Shown: positions 49,403 to 62,495 of the stretch, one piece after another
Numbering within the stretch: position 1 is the stretch's first letter
Layout of the letters: each line of letters starts with the position of its first letter
Assembly: GCF_028641065.1 (NCBI RefSeq)
Contig: NC_073390.1
Location: forward strand, 37,200,001 to 37,264,000
Length of the DNA stretch: 64,000 bases
Source: Leucoraja erinacea
Taxonomy: Eukaryota
Direction of reading: 5' to 3'
Program-made: the position numbers and the translations under genes
Notes under the pieces: model-generated
The model's input: only the letters and a program-made list of their open reading frames with translations
Told to the model about the DNA's origin: nothing
Databases searched by the model: none

Positions 49403-50782
49403 TTTGAGTAAGTTTTAATATAGTCATAGATAAGGATAAAACTGGATCTCAGGTGAAAACGCTACATTGGCAGAAGTGTCATTGCAACAGTATTCGGCAG
49501 GGACTGACAATAAATTAGATTGGGGGTGGCTGAAGGAAAATCCACTTTTGACATTTGATTTTTTTTTACAAGATTTCAGTTCACGACCAGCATGTTCCTG
49601 GAAGGATGAAAGAAAAGATAATACGAGATATTGTAAGTTTAGTCAAAAAGCATATGTAAAATAAACACAGAATGCTGGAGTAACTTAGCAGGACAGGCAG
49701 CATTTCCTGAGTGGGAACGTTTCAGGACGAGACCCTCCTTCAGACCGTTGCCCATTCCTTCTCTCCAGAGATGTTGCCTGTCATACTGACTAACATTTTA
49801 TGTCTCTCTTCTGTGTAAACCAGCATCTGCAGTTCCTTCCTACACATGAAAAATAAAATCAGCCAAGCCCTTTAAAGAATAACAAGGACAGAAAAAACCC
49901 AAATAAAAATTTAAGCGAGCTGAAAGGGGCCATGAGATGTCTTTGGCAAGTAGTATTATGGAGAATCCCAAGGCATTTTGAACAAGACGGTGGCTAGAGA
50001 AAGGGTAGTCCACTTTGGAACAAATCTATGCGTGGAGCCACAGGAGCTTCTTAATGGGAACTTTGCATTTGTAATCACCAATGAGAAGGACATGGTTAAT
50101 GGTGAGCTTTGTGAGGGGTATTTGTTATTCTAATTTGATATTAGGAAAGAGTACGTTTTGGTGTATTCAAAATCATTAAGGTAGATAAGTGCCCAGGGCC
50201 TGATGGAATCGACCACAGCATATTGCAGCAGGTAAGGGAGGAGTCTGCTGGGGCTGTGACAGAAATCTTGCAACACCTTTCCAGCCACAGGCAAGGTAAC
50301 AGAATACTGAAGAATAGTCAATGCTGTTGCTTTGTTGAAGAAGGGAACGGAGAAATTGGGAAATTATAGGCTGCTGAGATTTAAATCAGTGGTTGCGAAA
50401 TTATTTATAAGATTCTTAGGGGCAGGGTTACTTGCATTTGGTGAAGAGTGAGCATATTAGGAAGAGTCAGCATGACTTGTCAAGTTGATTGAGTTTTTTG
50501 AGAAAGTGATGATGTTGATTTATGAGGGTAGGACAGTGCATGGAGTCTACATGAACTTTAATAAATTTAGAAATAAAGTCTCTCTCATTACAGGAATAAT
50601 AAGAAGGCTTTGGAGAGGATGCAGCAGACATTTACCAGAATGACAAACTTAGATTGTTTTCCCTGGAGCTTCAGAGATATACTTTATGTAGTAAAGTAGA
50701 TAGATGTACATAAATGGACATAACATTTTGAGAAGCATTGATAGGATAGACAATCACAACCTTTGTATGAGTGTGGAATTTT

Positions 50783-51525
50783 CACCACCGGGTGGCGCCC
50801 GTAATGGCTGTCTCGCCAGCAGCCTGTTGCGTCCCTTCACTGTTTTTATTAGTTTAAGTATGTCTTTAATGTATGTTTCAATGTTTCTTGACTAGTTTAT
50901 GTGGGGAGGGGGTGGGGGGGAGGAAGGAGGAAAATGTTTTCCAGTCACTTACCTGGACGGAGATGCGATTTTCTACGTTTCGCATCTCCGTCCCACCTTG
51001 CGGCCTAACAACTTGGATTGGTGCTGCCTTTCCCGGAGACCGGCCTGGAGCTTCAAGCCGCTGGCGCGGCACGGACTTACCATCGCAGAGCCGGGGATCC
51101 TTTGCCAAGGGTCGCCAGAAGAAGAGCTCTGACCGCGGGGCCTGTAGACTTTAACACCGTGAAGCCCGCGGTCTCCGGTAAGAAGTGGCTGATTCGGGAG
51201 CTCCATGCCGCGTGGAGTGTTGCAATCTGTCCCGACACTGGGTTTTGATCATCCCGACGAGAGGGCCTGAACATCGGACCGTCGACAGCAGCGAACTGCG
51301 GAGGGTTCAAGGCCCTGACCACGGTGAACAAAGAGGAAGATGACAGAACTTTATTGCTTTCCATTACAGTGAGAAATGTTGATTTCACTGTGGTGGATGT
51401 TTATGTTAAATTTTATTTTATATGTGTATTATGTTCTTCTCACTTACTATGGCTGTATGGTAACTCAAATTTCACTGTACCTTAGTCGGTTAAATGACAA
51501 TAAACGCTAACTTGAACTTGAACTT
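50783..51525 (+). mobile_element. GC-rich non-coding retroposon with (AACTTG)n tail
   Basis: The 5' end CCACCGGGTGGCGCCC...CTCGCCAGCAG resembles the 13194-13965 family. It ends in AATAAA plus a simple-repeat tail. Confidence 0.65.
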
Positions 51526-52889
51526 AACTAGGCGACTTTAAGGTGAGCGGCAAGTTTTATTTTACACAGAGGGCGATAGCTGCCTGAAATGTATTGCCAG
51601 GGAATGTGGTGAAAGCAGGTTTGATAGAAGTATTGAATATAATGAATGGAGGGATATGGGTCATGTGCAGGCAAAAGGATTAGTTTAATGTGGTATCATA
51701 GTTAGCACAGTCATGGTGCGCAAAAGGGCCCATTCCTGTGCCGTCTTATTCCAAGCTCTATTTAACGAATATGTTCCTTCAGAGAGTTCTGTTATATCCA
51801 GAAGCTCCACATCCAAAACTTCCTGGCAGCCTTAGATAGCTCACCCATATCAAAGGCTTTTTGGAAGTAGTGCTTCCATTTTAATGTCTGTAATAGACAT
51901 ATAAAAACTCTTTATATAAATTCAATTATTTGAATAAATAAAAGCTATTATTCAGCAAAATTATTTAAATTATGCTATAAATGGTAAAAGAACATGGAAC
52001 AATACAGCACAAGAACAAGCCCTTTTGCTCAGTATTTGTGCCAAACATGATGCCAATACTCACTCTTATCTCCCTGCATATACTCCATATCCCTCCATTC
52101 CCTGCATAGCCATATGAATATCCAAAAGTCTCATAAATGTCACTATAACATCTGCCTCAACATCCATCGCCTCAAGAACTTGTCCGGACTTGTCTATTCC
52201 CACACGGTCATTGCCCCATTCAAATAAATGACATGAATTCAGCCTGACATCAAGTTGAATCGCAAGATTGTCACTGAACCCACTCTCCATTTTGCCAGTG
52301 CTCTGCCATGAGGCTCAGTCATGATACCCATGGCAAAGTGGAAAGTCAGGCAGGCAACTTGTTTCCTGTTCATCTGTTTGGCTAAAGATGTGTAGCCAGC
52401 TGAGATGACCAGAAACCCAAATAGTCCATAACCAGTTACTTGCTTCATAGCTGCCAGTTGTCGGCCTGTTTAGCCCCATGCATTACACAGATAGCACAGA
52501 TAGCTTGAATCATTATAGCATGATGACATGGGCATAAACAGATTATTATTCAAATGCAATAAAGAGCAAATAAGTAATTCTATCTCTTCTATTACATTTG
52601 TGTTTAAGAAGTAAAGTCAATAATTAATATTATTCTTCAAACAGGTTAGTTTTTATTATTGTTTTCTTCTAATTTCAGGCACATCATATATTCACAGATA
52701 AGGTGTGAAAGGAAGATGAAGGCATTGACAGAGCTGTCAATACTCACCCATTTGTAGTTTGGCAAACTCAGTAATCTGCATATATTCAATTTGCATTAAA
52801 GATATTTAAAACATCTGATTTTACATTTGCTGCTTCAGTTGAGCGACTCCTCGGCACAATACTCAATCCTGACTGAGTGAGATATGGAC

Positions 52890-54230
52890 CATAGAAATAT
52901 AGAAACATAGAAAATAGGTGCAGGAGTAGAGTAGGCCATTCGGCCCTTCGAGCCTGATGGCTGATCATCCAACTCAGTATTCTGTACCTGCCTTCTCTCC
53001 ATACCCCCTGATCCCTTTAGCCACAAGGGTCACATCTAACTCCCTCTTAAATATAGCCAATGAACTGGCCTCAACTACCTTCTGTGGCAGAGAATTCCAC
53101 AGATTCACCACTCTCTGTGTGTGAAAAATGTTTTCCTCATCTCAGTCCTAAAAGATTTCCCCCTTATCCTTAAACTGTGACCCCTTGTTCTGGACTTCCC
53201 CAACATCGGGAACAATCTTCCTGCATCTAGCTTGTCCAATCCCTTAAGAATTTTGTAAGTTTCTATAAGATCCTCCCTCAATCTTCTAAACTCTAGCGAG
53301 TACAAACCGAGTCGATCCAGTCTTTCTTCATATGACATCCCAGGAATCAGTCTGGTGAACCTTCTCTGTACTCCCTCTATGGCAAGAATGTCCTTCCTCA
53401 GATTAGGAGACCAAAACTGTACGCAATACTCCAGGTGTGGTCTCACCAAGACCCTGTACAGCTGCAGTAGAACCTCCCTGCTCCTATACTCAAATCCTTT
53501 TGCTATGAATGCTAACATACCATTCGCCTTTTTCACTGCCTGCTGCACCTGCATGCCTACTTTTAATGACTGGTGTACCATGACACCCAGGTCTCGTTGC
53601 ATCTCCCCCTTTCCTAATCGGCCACCATTCAGATAATAGTCTACTTTCCTGTTTTTGCCACCAAAGTGGATAACCTCACATTTATCCACATTATACATGC
53701 ATTTTCCCACTCACCCAGCCTATCCAAGTCACCTAGCATCCTCCTAGCATCCTCCACACAGCTAACACTGCCCCCCAGCTTCGTGTCATCCGCAAATCTG
53801 GAAATGTTGCATTCAATTCCCTCGTCCAAATCATTAATATATATCGTAAATAGCTGGGGTCCCAGCACTGAGCCAAGCGGTACCCCACTAGTCACTGCCT
53901 GCCATTGTGAAAAGGACCCGCTTACTCCTACTATTTGCTTCCTGTCTGCCAGCCAGTTCTCTATCCACATCAATATTGAACCCCCAATACCGTGTGCCTT
54001 ATGTTTGTATACTAATCTCTTATGTGGGACCTTGTCGAAAGCCTTCTGAAAGTCCCGATATAACACATCCACTGGTTCTCCCTTATCCACCTTACTAATT
54101 ACATCCTCGAAAAATTCTATAAGATTCGTCAGACATGATTTACCTTTCATAAATCCATGCTGACTTTGTCCAATGATTTCACCACTTTCCAAATGTGCTG
54201 CTATCCCATCTTTAATAGCTGATTCTAGCA
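52890..54230 (-). mobile_element. Young CR1-type LINE 3' half (same subfamily as 12058-12543 and 17707-20073)
   Basis: ORFs 53641-54192 (QHGF...FADD) and 53105-53710 (VRPHLEYC...TRGHSL) with a (TTTCTATG)n tail. Confidence 0.93.
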
Positions 54231-54365
54231 GGCAGATGAGAACAGTTTATTTTGGCATCATGTTCGACACAAACAATGTGGGCCGAAGGGCCCGTTCCCA
54301 TGCTGTACCGTTCTATGTTCTAATTCCAGCAAGGTCAACCAATTTTTCATAACCTGTGGGACCCT

Positions 54366-54381
54366 TGCCCTCTGGTGGTCA
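54366..54381 (-). promoter_or_regulatory. Candidate CTCF site
   Basis: The - strand reads TGACCACCAGAGGGCA, close to the core consensus, in non-repetitive sequence. Confidence 0.45.
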
Positions 54382-55624
54382 GCCCTTTACATTACAGGTC
54401 ATCAAACCACGCAATGAATACACAAGCAATGAGAAAAAAATAACTCAAGTTAAGGGGTTCCCAAAACCTATTTCTGTTGCAGATTGTTTGTTAAAGTAAC
54501 TTGGTATACTTGTTATTTAGCTGACTGATTGATGAACTTTACTGAATTATATTCAGTTACTGGCCGCTCATATCTATCAAGCTGCTATGTTTAACCACAA
54601 AGATCTGGAGGTTGTAGCACGCCACAACTGGCACATTAAAGGAATATTATAATGCTGCCATGGTCTTTTGGTGCTAATGTTTGGGGCACCACATGCATAC
54701 CAGTATTCCCTTCAAGTATTGTGGAGCATGCAAAGGAACATGTGATGTGCCGCACTGAAGCTGGTTGAAGAGGGTTCGATGGTTGGCGGACTTGTTAAGA
54801 GAGGTGTTAAGTTCCTTGTAAGAGTATCAGCGTTTAGGAGTAATGCTGGTTATCATCAGCGGGTTCTTGTGTGGGCAATGGGGTTACTTTAAGACTGGAT
54901 GTGAGGGTGCTTCAAATCAACCATTAGAGACTAGAGATCAAACCTCATCCTGAGGCATCATAGGGTCAAACGATTGGGACCATCAGGAAAAATTGGGATT
55001 GGGCGGTGGGGATCAGTAAATTGGAGATTCAAGCCAGAAATGATGGTCCCTCAGACTAACCATGAAGAAAACCACATGACAACCTTTAGTTACAGAGCTT
55101 CCAACTCTCACAGAATTTCTCACGCTCTGTGGGGGGACACCCCCCCCTCGGTCGCTGGGCTCCCTCGGCCTTAGTCTCTCACAATTTCTCACTCCCAACT
55201 CTCACTAAATTTTGGCAGCCCTGTAATTATATGTTTCCATTGTAATGCAGATTTCTGGATCAGATTTTATTTCTAATCTCAACCTGTGCCAAAATACAAT
55301 TAACATCTAACTGACCAGTTAGCAAAACAAACAGATTTACACTTTCAAAGAATATCACATCTTTCAGTATTTGCCTTATATGGTATCTACCTCACGATAT
55401 GTTTTACCTTTTTAAACAAAATACCATTGGTAGTATCACCAGAAGATTCTCATTGTATTTATGCAGAAGGAAAATATTGAACTTATCTAAAAAGTGAGAT
55501 CAACCAATAATGTTATTCTAATTAAATACAAACAGTACCTCTGGATGTTGAATATTAAAGTTACACACAATTTTATATTGGGACAAATTATCCAAGCCCA
55601 AATTATCAAGCCCAACACCAAGTT

Positions 55625-55960
55625 ACAAGAAGGGTTTCGGCCTGAAACGTTACCTATTTCCTTCGCTGCATAGATGCTGCTGCACCCGCTGAGTTTCTCC
55701 AGCAATTTTGTGTACCAAGTTACAATGTTGAAGCAAGGAACTGCAGATGGTAGCTTATACCAAAGATAGACACAAGGTCCTGGAAGAACACAGCAGGTCA
55801 GGCAGCATCTCTGGAGAAAAAGGATGGGTGACATTTCGGTTCAGGACCCTTCTTCTTTCAGTTTGCAGAAGGGTCTCGACACAAAACTCCGCTCATCCTT
55901 TCTCTCCAGAGATGCTACCCAACCCGTGGAGTTACTCCAGCTCTTTGTGTCTATCTACCG
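55625..55960. mobile_element. Three alternating-orientation Penelope-like terminal repeat remnants
   Basis: AGAAGGG...GAAACGTTACCT...GATGCTGC...GCTGAGTT.CTCCAGC units in +, - and + orientation. Confidence 0.65.
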
Positions 55961-57175
55961 AGTTACAATTGTATCCTTACTTTTCAATAAAACCACAAAT
56001 ATTTGAAGTTAACAAAGTTCAGCAAAAAAATCATTGCATAGAATTGAATAAGTAAAAACTGGAGATAACAAAGAGCTTTTGTTTGCAGCATAATTAGGAG
56101 GTGTGGAACATATCTCAGTGTCTACCTTGTGGCTACCACTCCTACGAACAAGAACAGCACCTAGTCTGTTTATGTGGGTGTCTGGTGTTACTTAATTTTC
56201 AGTGACAAGTAGCTAATTTGAGAAGAACTATGTCTGTACGTTTACATCACTGAAATTTGGTTTGTAGGCAGAATTCCAGCGAAAAACAGATCTGCCTGCA
56301 GGCTGATTAGGTGTTTCCTGATGACTGAGTATGCAATATTAAAAAGACAGTATCAAGCATCAACATCAATAATACACAAATAATACACTGGTGGTTTACT
56401 GAGGAACTGTTTGTCAAAGACTTGCCTATAGTTAGTTTTACCTATAAAAACATGAGAAAACACATTATTGAAGTGAAATCAGTGACCATTCCACTTAATG
56501 GGCATTCTGTAAATGGAACTATTCATTTAATTAATTCGCCAAATATTCCCCAACCTGAGCTCCACAGGAAGATCTGATGGAGTGAGCACTTTATCACCAG
56601 GTAGGAGGGATTTTCATATAGACAAGGTCTCACTGTAAGGGGAGCCATGTGTAATTAATTAAGCTATTAATTTAAACTGTTGCATGTAAATTGAAATGGA
56701 ACTACATTCAAATATAAAATTTCATTTAAATGTAAAGCATATATATTTTTTGAAAAGCAATGTGTGTGTTGATATGATTTAGCTAGGATAATGAATGGCA
56801 GTAAATTGTGGCAACTTACTGTGCCAACATTCTCGTGAGATTAAGAACATCTAATAATATAAAAAATTAATGAATCTTTATTGTAGAATGAATGTACATG
56901 CACAGATACGGACTCCAAATGCTGGCAAATGTAAAGTATTGCTCTCGCACCTGGACTCAGCTATTAAAATATTCAGTATCAATATTCATATAAAAACAAA
57001 AAATGTTGGCGATACTCATTAGCTTCTGTTGTAGGGTCCCAGTATAATCAGTTAACGGCTTAAATATAACAATGGGGGCAAGGCAGCAGAATGGTGCAAA
57101 ATTGCAGTGCAATCCCAAGTAGTACGAAAAAAAAAGCAGTAACGTAATAACCGAATAGGGTAGAGTTAAGGGTTA

Positions 57176-57400
57176 TGCCCCTGTCCCACTTAGGAAACCT
57201 AAATGGAAACCTCTGGAGACTTTGCGCCCCATCCAAGGTTTCCGTGCGGTTCCCGGAGGTTTTTGTCAGTCTCCCTATCTGCTTCCACTACCTGCAATCT
57301 CTGGCAACCACCGGCAACCTCCGTCAACCACCTGCAACCTCTGGGAACCGCATGGAAACCTTGGGTGGGGCACAAAGTCTCCAGCGGTTTCCGTTCAGGT
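57176..57400. mobile_element. MITE, same family as 22942-23158, opposite orientation, right TIR truncated
   Basis: Starts TTA|TGCCCCTGTCCCACTTAGGAAACCT with a palindromic body. Confidence 0.8.
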
Positions 57401-57439
57401 AGCATCTCTGGGAAGGGGTGTGAAAGAAGTGATTGGTTA

Positions 57440-58335
57440 AGAGTCCGATAGCAACAGGGAAGAAGCTGTTCCTAAGTCTGGACATCCAAGCTTTCAATCT
57501 CCTGTCTCTTCTCCCAGAAGGTCAAATGGAATGGCTAGGCTGGTTTAATGATATCCCCAGTCTTTCTGATGTAATGCACCAAGATGGACTGGATGGACGG
57601 AAGTGACGAGCCTGTGATGCATCCACCACTCTGCGCAGGGTCAGGCCATCACAGCAGAGTGTACCAGGCGGGACTGCATCCCATCACAATACTTTCCACA
57701 ATAGATATGTCGATATGTGGAAATTTGAGGCAATTCCGGTGTTTGTGCCAAATCTTCAAATGCTTAAGACAGTGAAAACACCAATGCTTTTTTTTGATGG
57801 CTGCATCCATGTGAAGGCTCCAGGTAGGTGATATGGATGTTTGGGAACATGAAATTCTTCCAATCTGAACAGCATTTCCATTGATAAAGACAAGTGTTCA
57901 CCCTCTTGTTTCTTTCGGTCGACACCAATTCTTTCACCTTGCTGATATTAGGGGGTGGGTTGTTGTCCTAACATCAGGCCACAACATTCTCTATCTCTTT
58001 CCGGTAATTCATCCCATTGCTGCCATTGATCTGGCCACAACTGGTACAATTGGTAATTTTAGAAATAGAATTGGCATTGTACTTGGCCATGCAGTCATGG
58101 GTATATAGGGAGTAGAGTAAAGGGACTTAGCGCACAACCCAGAGGAACAATAGTGTCGAAGGGCAGGGTGTAGGAAATGCCATGACCAAGTCTATCCATC
58201 TGAGGTCTGCCAGTCAGAAAATCCAGAAGCCAACTGCAAATAGATGCCCTAAGACCAAGGTCCAGAAAATTAGGGATGAGTTTATTCAGCGCTATGGTGC
58301 TGAAGGCTCCAATGTGGTCAATGAATAGCATCTTT
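57440..58335 (-). mobile_element. Old Rex1/Babar-type LINE RT remnant
   Basis: LFID..AFSTI...KL...LGL..SIC.WLLDFLTGRPQ...P.GC.LSP. Confidence 0.75.
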
Positions 58336-61300
58336 ACTATGAATGCAAGCTTCTTTCAGTCCGATGAGTCACTTTCAGCTGGCATGTGTCCAAAAGAAAC
58401 CAAAAATATATAGATAATTTGACTGACCAAAGCATCATATTTTCTGCATAAAATTAGTTTTGCTACACAGGAGAGCTCCTGAAATTACTTTTACATTTTT
58501 GTTGTTGTAAAGATACTCCAGACATGGATGTGCTTGAATCTAAAACAACAGGATTGCCAAAAAAAATCCCATTAACCAGAAACAATTTTAAAGCTATTAG
58601 CTCCAACTGTTTGCACTTCATCATATAACAGCTAGATATGTAGGTGGCCTGGGCTGTCTGAAGCTTTATAATCCCATCTGTTTTGTGGTTAGCAATGTAA
58701 ATGAACAGCAGTGGACATGCAAAGGCTGAGTGAATTGTTTCCGAATTGTAGAATTTTGCTTAGGATGCCCTAATTAATTAAAGTTTTAACAAAGTATTAA
58801 CAAAATCACAGCTGGGAGCATAAGAAACAACTAGGATCCCTGGTTTATGCTCACGTATACAGGACATCATTTACGTAACTTCTTTACAGTGGATCTGTGT
58901 CCAGAAGATGAAAAGGAGGAGTCATTCACCATCTTCTTTTGATGACCCTTGCTTCTATAATTAGCAGGAAGCATGCCTGGAATTATCTTCTGCATTGGAT
59001 GAAGACGAAACATCTGACAGAGTAAAATCGAAACTCGATCTTGTAATGCTCAAGGTCCTGCTCAGAGGGATCTATTCAGTCCATCAAAGAACCACAAAGT
59101 AAAAAGGTATGGAAAGAAGCAAATTGGTTTATTGTTTTTTTTGTGCAAGCTCTTTTAAAGAGCCATTCTCTGTTCTTCTACCACAATCATTTGTAAATAT
59201 TTCCATTTCAGACATTCACCCATTTCCTTCAAAAGATTCTTAGTAATTCTGGTGATTTCAACTGGAACTATTTAATCAATTTCCTTAACATTCCCTTCCA
59301 TTTTTTAATGTTTTTTTATTTTCTAAATATTGTTTTCAAATGGCCTCCAACGGAGGTTATTGTTCCTATCATAAAAGGCATCTGTACTAATAATAACTAA
59401 TAATAATGTACTCCCTGTAATGAAAAGTCATCTCATTTTACCCTCCTTTAATCTTTGAAGAAATGACCAGACAATAGCGGGGGGGGGGAAGACCCTCTCA
59501 ACATCTTCCATGACCTTTAAAACGTTTACTTGATACTTCCCATAAATCTTCAGGAATTGATGTTCCCAATTTTTTTTTTTTAATGTTACATTTTCTGTTC
59601 AGTAATTTGAATCTGATGCTTTCACAATGAAGGCATTTACTGTAGTCAAAATGTTGAGCAAAATTTTATCAATTGACATTTTTAAGCAAAAAACATTATT
59701 GTATCAACTCCAGTGGTAAAAGGTTAGGAAAATTGATTATCTCCATTGGTGGACGAATGAATATGAAGTGGAGGCACCAAATGAGAAAAATAAACACTTT
59801 ATAATTTTAAACGCTGTAGAATTTTAAGCTCTTCCTCCTGCTACAACCCCCTCTCCACCCTCATCCCTTGCATATACGCTGCACATTCTTATCATTTTAA
59901 GATCCCAGAGTTGGATGGGTTTGGGTCAAGGTCTTAAATGTTTGATGCAGTAATCCAACTGTTTTATTCCTCTGGTTTTAGCAGAGATGGATGAAGATGC
60001 AAATGACCAAATCCAGTCACAGAATGTAGCTCAGTTGTTGAGAATTCTTTAGAAGCAGATTGCATCTATTTTTAGAATGATTCTTTTTATTCCATACAAA
60101 TCAGATTTTCTGAGTCTCCCTATTGGGTTAAAGGGAGGTAAGGAGGGCTGAATCCATCATTGAGTGGAAATGCAGAACTGTCCAGATGTTTGCCGAAATG
60201 CTATCTCCCCCAGCCATCTCTGCTCCCATTGACCAAATAGACTTAGCCCACCCAACTAAAATCAGTCTGTTCCTCCCATGAGGTATTCGTGTGCTGTAGG
60301 CTTTCCTGCATGGGCAGTCAGATTACTAGACAATCTGGCTACTTTGTGGAAAGCCCAGGCAAAATAATATCTATTGTTCATTGAGGACAATCTTAAATCT
60401 GAGATTCCCTTCCAATTACCCACACTGAAGATACAGCCCAGAGACATAGATTTGGATTAATTGATAGATGGGTTAGAGGGGTGGTGAACAAGATAGTCCA
60501 AAGAGAAACAAAAGAAAAATGACATGTGCTGCTTCGTGGAAAGAGATGTATTGAGTATCAATGACTGCCCTCACCAAAGACAGAATGAAGATTAAAATCA
60601 TGTACAAGAATCCTAATGGTTATTCAATGGTCCTTATTGGAAAGTACAGATGTGAATGTTGAATGTTAAGGATGTGTTTGGCTCTGATACACCTTAATCC
60701 CATGTTGATATTCACAGTTTGGCCCCGACCATGAAAATTGACTGTCTGCATACTGGTGGAATGCATCCTTGTAAGTGTACCATAACACGAATAAAAGTCA
60801 TCAGGAAAAAAGGCAGCAAAGCAAAATTGTTTTCAGATCCCCCACACCAACATATAACTGAATGCAAAGACATAAATCTCTGATTAGCAGCCCTTTAGTG
60901 CCAAATATCCGCTGAGTTGCAAGATTTGCCCGGCCACTTGGGTTGGTTGTTTTTGTTTTCTGCTAACTTATAACAATGTGTCATTGCATAAAACTGAGAC
61001 AAACCTTCAATTTAATAGCAAGGAGAGCTGCTCTAATTATCAAAAATTAGTGAAGAATTCGGAACCATTCTTCTACGTTTAGGGTCGGAAACCTTCTCCT
61101 AGGTTCTGAGCTGAAACATGGAAGAAGTGTTCCGACCCAAAACATCCCCCATACCTTTTCTCCCAAGATGCTGCCTGACCCGCAGAGTTACCCAGCACTT
61201 TATGTCTATCTTCGGTATAAACCAGCGTCTGCAGTTCCTTTCCACACAAAGAATGTAGTCATTCACTTGACACGCTGTGAATTCAATGCACTTAAATATA

Positions 61301-61679
61301 TTACAGGTATGTGTATGTAATGAATAGTGCAATAAAAGTTTAATGCCAATTTCATAGGTGTTGCCTCGTATTAGTATTATCTACTGCTGCTATTGACTTT
61401 GGCAACATCTTCACGCCCTCCAACTAACACTTTAATGAGCATTACACTGACAATTTACATCAAGGCAAAGGAATGCAATGATTCTGCTGGTAGACGAGAT
61501 GCCTACTGTATGATGTACTCCAGTCTTAAGTTTATCATTGTCACATTCACTGAGGCACAGAGAAAAGTTCCAGTATTACAGAAGGTGTTCAACCTCCTAC
61601 CAAGCCAGATTTAGACACTGCTTTATGTTTTTAAAAAGATACCATGTAAATAAAAATTTATCATCAGTATAAAATGCGT

Positions 61680-62191
61680 TCCTCCCCGTTGGATTGCAAC
61701 CTTGTCGTGGTCGGGGAGCTTGTGTGTCTCAGTGACCCCTAGAGCTATGCCAGCGGGAGATTAGTCTCCTGTTCGGATCTCCCATGCTGGACAGGTCAAA
61801 GGGTAGAGGCGAGATGAAGAGCGATCCACTGGTCCTCCAGATTGGGGGTTGAGCACAGGGCTAACAACCCTGTCCGTAAAACAAATATGTTACGGAAACA
61901 GCAACTGAAGGAATCAACACTATTGGGCATGATGGACTTCCAGGGCTATCAACAGATGCTAGGATGAATGTCAATGGTGAAAGAAGAGAACCAGACAGCA
62001 TCCCAAGAATAGCCCTGCACTGGACACCGGAAGGGAAAAGGGAAAGAGGGAGACCCAAAACCACCTGGCGTTGAACTGTAGAGGAGGAAATGAAAACAAT
62101 GGACCTGACCTGGGGTAGTGTCCAGAACGGACAGAAGTGGAGGACCTTCGTTGCTGCCCTACATGCCAGGAGGCATAAGTAAGTAAGTAAG
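61680..62191 (+). mobile_element. Internally deleted (bipartite) non-autonomous RTE element
   Basis: An RTE-type 5' UTR (CCTTGTCGTGG...GAGCTATGCC...GGGTTGAGCACAGGGCTAACAACCC) is joined to the ORF end (ALHWTPEGKRERGRPKTTWR). It has a (TAAG)n tail and a TSD TAAAATG(C/T)GT at 61670-61679 and 62192-62201. Confidence 0.85.
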
Positions 62192-62400
62192 TAAAATGTG
62201 TGTAATTGATACATTGCCATGAAACGTAACTAATCCAGCAAAGGAAACCTTCCATTTAATTTGGTGTGTTGTGACTAAAAGCCCGCATCTACCTGGTTGG
62301 CTCACGACTGAAGTGATATAAAACCGCAAAAGGTTAGAAAAGTAGAATTATTGAATCAAAACACTAAATTCTGTTCATTTTGTCAGTAATACCATTCAAT

Positions 62401-62495
62401 TCTGAGGAAGTGTTCCGACCCGAAATGTCACCTATTCCTTGTCTCCAGATATGCTGCCTGACCCCCTGAGTTACTCCAGCATTATGGGTCTATCT
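62401..62495 (+). mobile_element. Penelope-like terminal repeat with hammerhead core
   Basis: CTGAGGA-A-GTGTTCCGACCC-GAAA-TGTC-ACC at 62402-62432. Confidence 0.65.

Larger units (their letters stand above)
45530..51765 (+). mobile_element. Old, heavily decayed near-full-length CR1 acting as host for several younger insertions
   Basis: Colinear decayed endonuclease, RT and 3'-end remnants at about 45530-45800, 46393-46490, 46800-47155, 49403-50770 and 51530-51765. Confidence 0.55.
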
